Shown one piece after another: positions 1-7,903 of a stretch of DNA of 64,000 nt. The notes beneath the pieces are model-generated. The model had not been told where the DNA came from and did not search any database. It was given only the letters and a program-made list of their open reading frames with translations. The stretch is from the NCBI GenBank assembly GCA_052034935.1, contig JBPOIB010000003.1, positions 34,407 to 98,406 of the forward strand, in the 5' to 3' direction. Position 1 is the first letter of the stretch. The number at the start of each line of letters is the position of its first letter. The position numbers and the translations under genes are program-made. Origin of the DNA: Candidatus Moraniibacteriota bacterium. GTDB lineage: Bacteria > Patescibacteriota > Minisyncoccia > Moranbacterales > UBA1568.

Positions 1-2
1 GG

Positions 3-1835
3 TCGGCAATCCGCGAAAAAGGAAAGACGCGGCTTTTTTATCGCGCCCAGTCGCTCCCCCTCCTCCATGAGGAAGGGCCCTGGCTTTCCATGTCGAGTAT
101 CGGCCAGACCGAGAGTGCTGATGGGATACATTTCAAAAAACACCGTCCGTTCATCGAGCCAACCGAGACCTGGGAGCGTTTTGGCTGCGAGGATCCGCGC
201 ATCACGAAATGTGATGGAAAATACTATCTTTTCTATACGGCACTCTCTGAGTTTCCCTTCCGGGCCGAAGGCATCTCGGTCGGTCTCGCGATTACAGAGA
301 ATTTCAAGAAAATCGAAAAACATCACATCACGCCGTTCAACGCCAAGGCGATGGCGCTTTTCCCGGAACGAATCAACGGCAAGCTCTGGGCCATCCTCTC
401 CGCCAACACTGATCGACCGCCATCAACCATCGCGCTCGCTTCGTTCGACGAAGAATCAGATTTGTGGGACAGTGCTCGCTGGCTGAAGTGGTACGAGCAT
501 CTCGAGGATCACGGGCTTGATCTGCAGCGCACCGACGATGATCATGTCGAGATCGGCGCGGCCCCGATCAAGACCGAGGATGGTTGGCTCATGCTGTACT
601 CTTACATTCAGAAGTATCACACCGAAAACCCGATTTTTACCGTCGAGGCAGTTCTGCTCGATCTGAACGATCCTCGGAAAGTCATTGCCCGGACCGACTC
701 TCCGCTCCTCGTTCCGGAAGAAGAATACGAGCACTACGGCAAAGTAAAAGATATTGTCTTCCCAAGCGGCGCTGTTGTCCGCGGTGATACCATCTTCCTG
801 TACTATGGCGCGGCTGATACGACCACCTGCGTCGCAACCGGGAGTCTGAAGGCGCTTTTGAAAGAGATGAAGACATCAAAAAAGGACCAGCCCGCACTTA
901 CTCGCTACCGGAAAAATCCTGTGCTTGAGCCAGTCCGCGACCATAGCTGGGAGTCCAAAGCCGTCTTTAATCCGGCCGCCATCGAAGTGGACGGTACCGT
1001 CCGCATCCTTTACCGTGCGATGTCAGATGATGACACGTCCGTCCTCGGCTATGCCGAAAGCAAGAATGGCTTCAAGATTACAAAGCGTCTGCCTGATCCA
1101 GTCTATGTCCCGCGCGCTCCGTTCGAAGTGAAGAATGCGCCGGGAAATTCTGGCTGCGAGGACCCGCGGCTTACCCGTTTTGGCGATACCTATTACATGC
1201 TCTACACGGCGGTCGATGCCGCTGCCCCGCCGCGCGTCGCACTCTCGACGATCTCAGCCGAAGATTTTGAATCCAGCCGTTTTGACCGTTTCAGCTACCC
1301 GGTGCTCATCTCACCGCCTGGGATTGACGACAAGGACGCCTGCCTTTTCCCGGAAAAGATCGGTGGGAAATATGTCATCCTCCACCGCATCCAGCCAGCA
1401 ATCGATATCAACTTCCTCGACAGTCTGGACTTCGACGAATCGACCTTCCTCACCCATCAGCCATTCATTTTCCCACGGCGGGGCATGTGGGATAGCCGGA
1501 AAATCGGCATCAATACCGCCCCTGTCCGGACCAAGGCCGGCTGGCTCATCCTCTATCACGGTGTCTCCGAATACGATGGTCACTACCGCGTCGGTGCTAT
1601 CCTCCTCGATCTCGACCACCCCGAAAAAGTCATCGGTCGGAGTCGACGACCACTCTTCAGCCCCGAGGAAGGGTATGAGCGCTTCGGCATTGTCCCGAAC
1701 GTTGTCTTTCCCTGCGGTGCCGTTGTCCGCGATAATACCCTCATCACCTACTACGGCGGAGCCGACCGGGTCATCGGAGTGGCAAGCATTAAACTCCCCA
1801 AACTCCTGAAATCGCTTCTCGCCGAAGGTATCTAA
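3..1835 (+). CDS. GH130-family glycosidase/mannoside phosphorylase with two tandem domains; 5'-truncated by the window edge
   Basis: Two copies of the GCEDPR, (N/D)K.A.LFPE.I.GK, VVFP.GAV and YYG.AD motifs. The frame is open from nt 3 (SAIREKGKTRLFYRAQ...), and LFYRA matches the ILYRA of domain 2, so the true start lies upstream of the window. Confidence 0.85.
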   Translation, partial: SAIREKGKTRLFYRAQSLPLLHEEGPWLSMSSIGQTESADGIHFKKHRPFIEPTETWERFGCEDPRITKCDGKYYLFYTALSEFPFRAEGISVGLAITENFKKIEKHHITPFNAKAMALFPERINGKLWAILSANTDRPPSTIALASFDEESDLWDSARWLKWYEHLEDHGLDLQRTDDDHVEIGAAPIKTEDGWLMLYSYIQKYHTENPIFTVEAVLLDLNDPRKVIARTDSPLLVPEEEYEHYGKVKDIVFPSGAVVRGDTIFLYYGAADTTTCVATGSLKALLKEMKTSKKDQPALTRYRKNPVLEPVRDHSWESKAVFNPAAIEVDGTVRILYRAMSDDDTSVLGYAESKNGFKITKRLPDPVYVPRAPFEVKNAPGNSGCEDPRLTRFGDTYYMLYTAVDAAAPPRVALSTISAEDFESSRFDRFSYPVLISPPGIDDKDACLFPEKIGGKYVILHRIQPAIDINFLDSLDFDESTFLTHQPFIFPRRGMWDSRKIGINTAPVRTKAGWLILYHGVSEYDGHYRVGAILLDLDHPEKVIGRSRRPLFSPEEGYERFGIVPNVVFPCGAVVRDNTLITYYGGADRVIGVASIKLPKLLKSLLAEGI

Positions 1836-1857
1836 GGCGCCGACAAAAGCCGGCAAT

Positions 1858-1897
1858 AAAAAAAACCGTCCTGAGTTCATCGAAGGACGGTTTTTTT
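1858..1897. terminator. Bidirectional intrinsic terminator
   Basis: A8-CCGTCCT / AGGACGG-T7 hairpin between convergent genes. Confidence 0.8.
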
Positions 1898-1908
1898 ATT
1901 AATCAGTC

Positions 1909-2562
1909 TTACTGAGCCATCACCTGAGACATGTCCGGCATCGCCATCCCCGCTGGCAGTTTTTCCTTTATCTCTTCCATCATCTGCATCGATTGTTCCA
2001 TCAGGGCACATTGATCGGTAAAAACAATGTCTCTCGGCCAACTCAGAACAATATCCGGCGCCGGTTCACACTTCACGTTCTTTGCCATATCAAAAGCTTT
2101 TTCCATATCCTTCGGTTCGGCTGGTACCGGCACGTCCCCGGCCGGCTTCGGCATATCCTTCACTGCCTCGCCCATCTTTTGGAGACAGGCTTTCGACATT
2201 TTCATTCCTGTCCTCGTTGCGCTGTTCCATGAGTACTGATTTTCACCGTCGAAGAGCGTGTCCACCTGCATTCCACCCACCACGGTCGTCAAACGATACT
2301 TTTCGCCATCAATGCTGACTTTCGACTCCACCGACTCCCCACTCTCGTTCAAGACATACGTGCACTGCATCTTCTGGCCGAGACCCATTGCTTCCTTGAT
2401 CGAAGAAACCATCCCTTTCTCTGGAGTCGTCTCCACCATCATATTGGCCGGAACCGCTGCCTCATCGCTCGGTTCACTTTTTTGCTTCCAGAAGAAAAAT
2501 CCAGCTATCAGGACCACTACGAGGATTCCAAGCCCGATTATTTTTTGCATAAGGGATGGCAT
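1909..2562 (-). CDS. Membrane-anchored hypothetical protein
   Basis: 217 aa; N-terminal TM helix and four Cys in the extracellular part. Confidence 0.7.
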   Translation of the reverse strand: MPSLMQKIIGLGILVVVLIAGFFFWKQKSEPSDEAAVPANMMVETTPEKGMVSSIKEAMGLGQKMQCTYVLNESGESVESKVSIDGEKYRLTTVVGGMQVDTLFDGENQYSWNSATRTGMKMSKACLQKMGEAVKDMPKPAGDVPVPAEPKDMEKAFDMAKNVKCEPAPDIVLSWPRDIVFTDQCALMEQSMQMMEEIKEKLPAGMAMPDMSQVMAQ

Positions 2563-2621
2563 TAATTACCTCCAGTATACACCGAGATGCCGCTTTCATA
2601 AGCTATACTTAAAGTATCGCC

Positions 2622-3164
2622 ATGGCCAAGAATATTGTCTACATTGCTGCCAGTCTCGACGGTTTTATCGCCCGCCCAAATGGAGCCGTCGACTGGCTCG
2701 ACGCCTATCAGAATGAGGGCGAAGACTATGGTTATGCAGAATTTTACGCCTCTGTCGGAGCTGTAGTAATGGGCTGGAATACTTACCAAAAATCACTCTC
2801 TCTTCCTGGGGCGCTCGACCCGAACATGCCCACTTATGTCATTTCAAGCATGGCCCATCAGCAGACATCAGAGACCCTTCACTTCGTTTCAGGAGAAAAT
2901 CTCGCCACCCTTATGGGAGAGATCCGTCAGTCGGTAGAAAAGAATATCTGGACTGTTGGCGGCGGCAAGCTCGTTCAAAGCCTCATACAGCTCGATCTCA
3001 TCGACGAAATCATCCTCTCCACCATCCCCATTGTCTTAGGTAACGGCATTTCACTCTTCGGATCAGTCAAAAAAGAGATTCGCCTTTCGATTCTCTCGTC
3101 AAAAAGCTATCCGGACGGAATTGTTCAATCGCACTACCGGCTTCAGAGAGAGTTTTCGCCTTAG
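2622..3164 (+). CDS. Dihydrofolate reductase/RibD C-terminal family protein
   Basis: IAASLDGFIA, VVMGWNTY, VGGGKL and IPIVLGNG motifs. Confidence 0.85.
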   Translation: MAKNIVYIAASLDGFIARPNGAVDWLDAYQNEGEDYGYAEFYASVGAVVMGWNTYQKSLSLPGALDPNMPTYVISSMAHQQTSETLHFVSGENLATLMGEIRQSVEKNIWTVGGGKLVQSLIQLDLIDEIILSTIPIVLGNGISLFGSVKKEIRLSILSSKSYPDGIVQSHYRLQREFSP

Positions 3165-3241
3165 TGCCTGTCCGGTTCTGCGAAGCTTAGGTCAATGGTT
3201 TACAGAGGCATTCTTTCCTGCTAGGCTCCCCTTACAGGCCT

Positions 3242-3757
3242 ATGCTTTCGAGACTCTCCGAACCCACGTTCCTTTTCGCCTGTCTCGGCGTTTTTTTTCT
3301 CTTTTTTGTCGTTCTTTTCAGCCTCATACTCATGCTTCATTTCCGTCAGCGGCGGCAGGAAAAGAAGCTCGCGCTGTTTTTTTCCGGAAAAGACGCGCGC
3401 AGCCTCGAGTCCCTTCTCGTTGAAGAGAAGGAGCTCATTGCCTCGGTCGATACTGATGTCCAAGAGCTCTTCGATATCTCGAACGAGCTGCATCGTCTCG
3501 GGGCCAAGAGCCTCCATAAGTACTCCGTGATGCGCTTCAATCCGTTCAAGGAAACTGGCGGCAACCAAAGCTTCGCCGTCGCCCTCCTCGACGGAAAGAA
3601 CTGCGGGGTGGTTATCTCTTCGCTTCATACGAGCGCTGGGACTCGAGTGTTCGCGAAACCCGTGAAGAGCGGCGAAGCAGACGGATTCCCTTTCACTGAA
3701 GAAGAAAAGGCCGTGATCCGCGAGGCCGAACGCAGCGCCATCGAGAAAAAAGTCTAG
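3242..3757 (+). CDS. DUF4446-like membrane-anchored protein
   Basis: N-terminal TM; RFNPFKETGGNQSFAVALLD...GVVISSLH...RVFAKP signature. Confidence 0.75.
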   Translation: MLSRLSEPTFLFACLGVFFLFFVVLFSLILMLHFRQRRQEKKLALFFSGKDARSLESLLVEEKELIASVDTDVQELFDISNELHRLGAKSLHKYSVMRFNPFKETGGNQSFAVALLDGKNCGVVISSLHTSAGTRVFAKPVKSGEADGFPFTEEEKAVIREAERSAIEKKV

Positions 3758-3808
3758 TTTTCAAATCTATCCCGTCAGAATCATCGATTTAACCGTTTAT
3801 TCAAACTC

Positions 3809-5572
3809 ATGAGCGAAGCAGAAATTATCAAATCCGTCGCCCTTCCTGAGACCATGACCGTCAAGAAACTGGCGGAGCTTCTCCATGTTCCGGTCGCAAA
3901 CGTCATCATGGAGCTCATGAAGAATAAAATTATCGCTACAATCAATGAGGAGATTGATTTTGACACTGCCTCGATTATCGCGAGTGAGCTCGGATTCCAG
4001 ACAACTGCCGATACGAATGAAAAGGCTGGCTCGCTGACTCTGGAAGAGCTCGCGGCGCTGGTGGCGGAAGAAAAGAAAGAGGCTGACCGGAAGCTTTCCG
4101 AGCGCGCTCCGATTGTCACTATCCTCGGTCATGTCGATCATGGTAAGACGACTCTCCTCGACACTATCCGCAAAGCGAACGTCGCGGCTGGCGAGGCGGG
4201 TGGCATCACCCAAAAAATCAGCGCCTACCAAGTGAAGAAGCACGGTCAGATGATTACCTTTATCGACACTCCGGGCCACGAGGCATTCTCCGGCATGCGC
4301 GAGCGCGGTGTCTCCATCGCCGACATCGCTATCCTCGTTGTCGCCGCCGATGACGGTGTCCGCCCCCAGACCAAGGAAGTGATCCAGTTCATCAACGAAA
4401 AGAAGCTTCCTGTTATCGTCGCTATCAACAAGATCGACAAGCCGGATGCCAAACCGGACCGGGTGAAGCAGGAGCTCGCTGAAAATGGCATCCTTTTCGA
4501 AGGATGGGGCGGCGAAGTCATGTGTGTCGAAGTGAGCGCGAAGGGTAATATCAACATCGATAAACTCCTCGATGCCATCCTCCTGGTCGCCGAAGTCGAG
4601 GAATTCAAAGCCGATGAGAAGCGCGACGGTCTCGCGGTCATTCTCGAATCCCATCTCGACCCGCAGAAAGGACCCGTAGCGACCGTCCTCATCAAGACCG
4701 GTACACTTAAAGTCGGCCAAGATATCATCGCCGGCAGCGCTTTCGGCCGTGTTCGGCGCCTCGAGGACTTCACCGGCAAGAACCGCGAGACCGCTGGTCC
4801 GTCCGTTCCGGCGATCCTGTACGGTTTTAGCACTGTCCCTCAAGTGAACGACGTCGTGCAGGTCGTGTCAGGGAAATCGCTCGCTCGCCTCAAATCACAG
4901 GAGGCCTTGCTCAAAGAAGGCGAGGTGAAGAAAGTCATCCGCAAGGAAGATGAGAACGTGAAGCGCCTGCCAATCATCCTCAAAGCCGATGTCCAGGGCT
5001 CCCTCGAAGCGCTCCAGCAGATTCTCGGCGCGATCGAGCATCCCGAAGTCATGCTCGAGGAGATTGCGACTGGGGTTGGTAGCATCACCGAAAGCGATGT
5101 GAAACTCGCCGCCTCGAGCCATGCCAAGATTTTCGGCTTCAATGTCGAACCGACGTCGGTCGCCAAACGGATTGCCGAAACAAGCCTCGTGCCGATCGAG
5201 AGCTTCAACATCATCTACAAGCTCGTTGAGGCTGTAAAGAACGACCTTTCTGCCCTCCTTCCGCCGGAAATCATCCGCACCGATTTTGGCCAACTTTCTA
5301 TCCTCGCAATCTTCAAAAGTGGCAAGCGAGACATGATTATCGGGGGCCGTGTTTCAGAAGGAAAGATCCTTAAAGGAACACTCCTCGAAGTGAAGCGTGA
5401 CGGTGAAATCATCGGGTCAGGTAAAATGGGCAATCTCCAGCGTAACAAGGAGAATGCCACTGAGGTCGGGCAAGGGAATGAATGTGGACTCGTTTTCGAC
5501 GGTCCAGTGAAGCTCCAGGTGGGCGACACGCTCATTTCTTATCAGGTGGAAGAGAAGCGTCGTGCACTCTAG
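3809..5572 (+). CDS. infB: Translation initiation factor IF-2 (short form)
   Basis: GHVDHGKTTLLD, DTPGHEAF, NKID and KADVQGSLEAL motifs. Confidence 0.97.
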   Translation: MSEAEIIKSVALPETMTVKKLAELLHVPVANVIMELMKNKIIATINEEIDFDTASIIASELGFQTTADTNEKAGSLTLEELAALVAEEKKEADRKLSERAPIVTILGHVDHGKTTLLDTIRKANVAAGEAGGITQKISAYQVKKHGQMITFIDTPGHEAFSGMRERGVSIADIAILVVAADDGVRPQTKEVIQFINEKKLPVIVAINKIDKPDAKPDRVKQELAENGILFEGWGGEVMCVEVSAKGNINIDKLLDAILLVAEVEEFKADEKRDGLAVILESHLDPQKGPVATVLIKTGTLKVGQDIIAGSAFGRVRRLEDFTGKNRETAGPSVPAILYGFSTVPQVNDVVQVVSGKSLARLKSQEALLKEGEVKKVIRKEDENVKRLPIILKADVQGSLEALQQILGAIEHPEVMLEEIATGVGSITESDVKLAASSHAKIFGFNVEPTSVAKRIAETSLVPIESFNIIYKLVEAVKNDLSALLPPEIIRTDFGQLSILAIFKSGKRDMIIGGRVSEGKILKGTLLEVKRDGEIIGSGKMGNLQRNKENATEVGQGNECGLVFDGPVKLQVGDTLISYQVEEKRRAL

Positions 5573-5695
5573 TGACTCTTACTAGAGACAAGGGACCGGC
5601 GAGCAAGCCGGTTTTTTCTTTTTATCGTTGACGCCTCCTCTCAAAGCGGAGTATACTCGAACCTCATTCGAAGCCCATGCTAGACTGGAAATGCT

Positions 5696-7285
5696 ATGAC
5701 CTATCCTATTCCTCTGCCTGTTTTTGAAGTCATTCAAGCCCTTGAAAAGGCCGGTTTCAAGGCCTACATCGTCGGCGGATCGCTTCGGGATCTCCTCTTG
5801 AACCGTCAGCCGAAGGACTGGGACATCACTACTGACGCCCTGCCGGAAGCGATTCAACAGATCTTCCCCGAAAGCGTCTACGAGAACACCTTTGGTACAG
5901 TTGGAGTAAAAGTTGGCCGTTTCACCCCGGCTTTTCCAGATGAGAACGGCTTTTTGGCGACTGAGGCTATTAAAAACGAGTCTTCAGAAGAGGTCACTGA
6001 AAAGGAAATTATCGAAGTGACTACCTTCAGGAAAGAATCGACTTACAGCGATAGCCGACGTCCCGACCAAGTAACCTTTGTATCTTCAATCGAGGACGAC
6101 CTTGCGCGCCGCGACTTCACCGTAAACGCAATTGCCGGGAAAGTCAGTGCTCTCTCCACCGATTTTCCGACCGAGAAGACCCTTGTTCCTGCAACGATTG
6201 AAATCGTTGATCCATTCCAGGGCACCATCGACCTTGAAAAAAAAGTGCTGCGCGCTGTTGGAAATCCCGAGGAGCGATTCGAGGAAGATGCTCTTCGTCT
6301 CATCCGCGCGATTCGGCTTCTCTCCGAGCTCCAGTCGATCAAAACAACGCCAGATCCTCTCTCAAACTGGACTATCGAACCAGAAACTCTCGCAGCTTTG
6401 AAAAAACTTTCAGACCGGATTTCCCGGGTCGCACCGGAACGAATCCAGGCCGAGCTCTCGCGTATCATCCTCTCACCGAAGCCGGAACTCGGAATTAGCC
6501 TCCTCCTCGAGACCGGATTGCTCCGATTCATCATCCCCGAGCTCGTTGAAGGGGTCGGCGTGACACAAAATCTCCACCACATCTATACTGTTTGGGAACA
6601 CAATCTCCGCGCGCTCGCGACCTGTCCATCAAAAAAACTTTCAGTGCGGCTCGCAACACTACTCCATGATGTCGGAAAACCACGAACTAAAAAAGGCGAG
6701 GGGTACCGCTCCACGTTCTACAATCACGACCATGTCGGCGCACGGATGACGCGAAAAATTCTGGAGAGGCTTCGCTATCCAAAAAAAATCATCGATCATG
6801 CTTCAATGCTGGTCGATAATCACCTCTTCTATTACAACGTCGGCGAAGTAACTGAGGCATCGGTGCGGCGGCTCATCAAACGAGTCGGTCTCGAGAATAT
6901 GGATGATCTCATGGCCGTCCGCATCGGCGATCGGCTCGGAAGCGGCGTTCCGAAGGCAAAGCCTTACAAGCTCCGTCATCTTGAATATATGGTCGACAAA
7001 GTATCTCACGATCCGACATCGGTAAAGATGCTCAGTATCGATGGGGCAACGCTGATGCGCGAACTGCAACTCTCGCCGGGACCAAAAATAGGAGCTCTTC
7101 TTGATTGTCTCCTGGCAGAAGTTATCGAGCAACCGAAAAACAATGATCCCACATGGCTTCTTGACCGGGCGAGGGAACTCATGGATAATGATTTGAGCGC
7201 ATTACGTGCTCTCGCTAAAGAGCGAATCGAGGAAAAGAACGAGGCTGAGGATCAATCGATTCGCGGTCGCCATCGGGTCGCCTAA
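5696..7285 (+). CDS. cca: CCA tRNA nucleotidyltransferase with HD domain
   Basis: VGGSLRD..DWDI, RRDFTVNA, EDALRLIRA and LLHDVGK motifs. Confidence 0.9.
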   Translation: MTYPIPLPVFEVIQALEKAGFKAYIVGGSLRDLLLNRQPKDWDITTDALPEAIQQIFPESVYENTFGTVGVKVGRFTPAFPDENGFLATEAIKNESSEEVTEKEIIEVTTFRKESTYSDSRRPDQVTFVSSIEDDLARRDFTVNAIAGKVSALSTDFPTEKTLVPATIEIVDPFQGTIDLEKKVLRAVGNPEERFEEDALRLIRAIRLLSELQSIKTTPDPLSNWTIEPETLAALKKLSDRISRVAPERIQAELSRIILSPKPELGISLLLETGLLRFIIPELVEGVGVTQNLHHIYTVWEHNLRALATCPSKKLSVRLATLLHDVGKPRTKKGEGYRSTFYNHDHVGARMTRKILERLRYPKKIIDHASMLVDNHLFYYNVGEVTEASVRRLIKRVGLENMDDLMAVRIGDRLGSGVPKAKPYKLRHLEYMVDKVSHDPTSVKMLSIDGATLMRELQLSPGPKIGALLDCLLAEVIEQPKNNDPTWLLDRARELMDNDLSALRALAKERIEEKNEAEDQSIRGRHRVA

Positions 7286-7287
7286 AA

Positions 7288-7358
7288 CGGAGTGTGGTAT
7301 AACGGCATTACGCACGCTTCGGGTGCGTGTAATCCGGGTTCAATTCCCGGCACTCCGA
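7288..7358 (+). tRNA. tRNA-Pro(CGG); CCA not encoded
   Basis: Acceptor CGGAGTG/CACTCCG; anticodon arm CACGC-TTCGGGT-GCGTG; T-arm CCGGGTTCAATTCCCGG. Confidence 0.92.
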
Positions 7359-7455
7359 CAAATGCACAGCACAGGCTCGCTTTCGTGAAATTCGGCCGTT
7401 CTGCTTCATCTCAAAAGTCCGACTTTTTCGAGAAAGGTCTCGACTGAATAAAATT

Positions 7456-7767
7456 ATGCGACTTCTCATAAGACAATCCGGTGAAAGTGCGCTTACCCTT
7501 TTCCGAAGAGCCGGGTACTCATTTCAGCATCAGAACGGAGGCGAGATGAGCTTTGTCCGGACTCTCTCTAGGGGCGATTACCCCCGCTTCCATTCGTATG
7601 TGAAGACACACTCTGATGGTTTCGAGTGCAGTATCCATCTCGACCAGAAACGTGAGACGTATGGGAAAATGACCCGGCATCATGGCTAATACGATGACGA
7701 GGGCGCCGTCGCTTAAGAAATCAAGCGACTGGAAACTCATGTCGGTCCGCTCGCCCGGATTGGATAA
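7456..7767 (+). pseudogene. Small CPR-type hypothetical protein interrupted by two in-frame TAA codons (7687-7689 and 7714-7716)
   Basis: The reading YPRFH...HLDQK...HHG*YDDEGAVA*EIKRLE...IG* continues plausibly through both stops. Confidence 0.6.
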
Positions 7768-7784
7768 TTGGATAGCGGCAAGCA

Positions 7785-7870
7785 GCTGTGGTGGTGGAAC
7801 GGTAGACACGCTAGCCTTAGGAGCTAGTGCTCGTAAGAGCATGAGAGTTCGATTCTCTCCCACAGCACCA
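7785..7870 (+). tRNA. tRNA-Leu(TAG)
   Basis: Acceptor GCTGTGG/CCACAGC; anticodon arm CTAGC-CTTAGGA-GCTAG; long variable arm; encoded CCA. Confidence 0.95.
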
Positions 7871-7899
7871 AAAAAATCTTCCTATATAGGAAGATTTTT
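7871..7899. terminator. Bidirectional intrinsic terminator
   Basis: AAAAATCTTCCTAT / ATAGGAAGATTTTT inverted repeat. Confidence 0.75.
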
Positions 7900-7903
7900 A
7901 TGT

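Noticed and set aside
3797-5535. Long antisense ORFs over infB (similar ones occur over virB4, gyrA, rpsA and ftsH)
   Set aside because: These are shadow ORFs caused by codon bias of the real genes.
7687-7716. Genome-wide TAA or TGA recoding
   Set aside because: Many conserved genes end correctly at TAA (cca, gmk, ftsH) or TGA (rsmA, pcrA), and no other internal stops were noticed.
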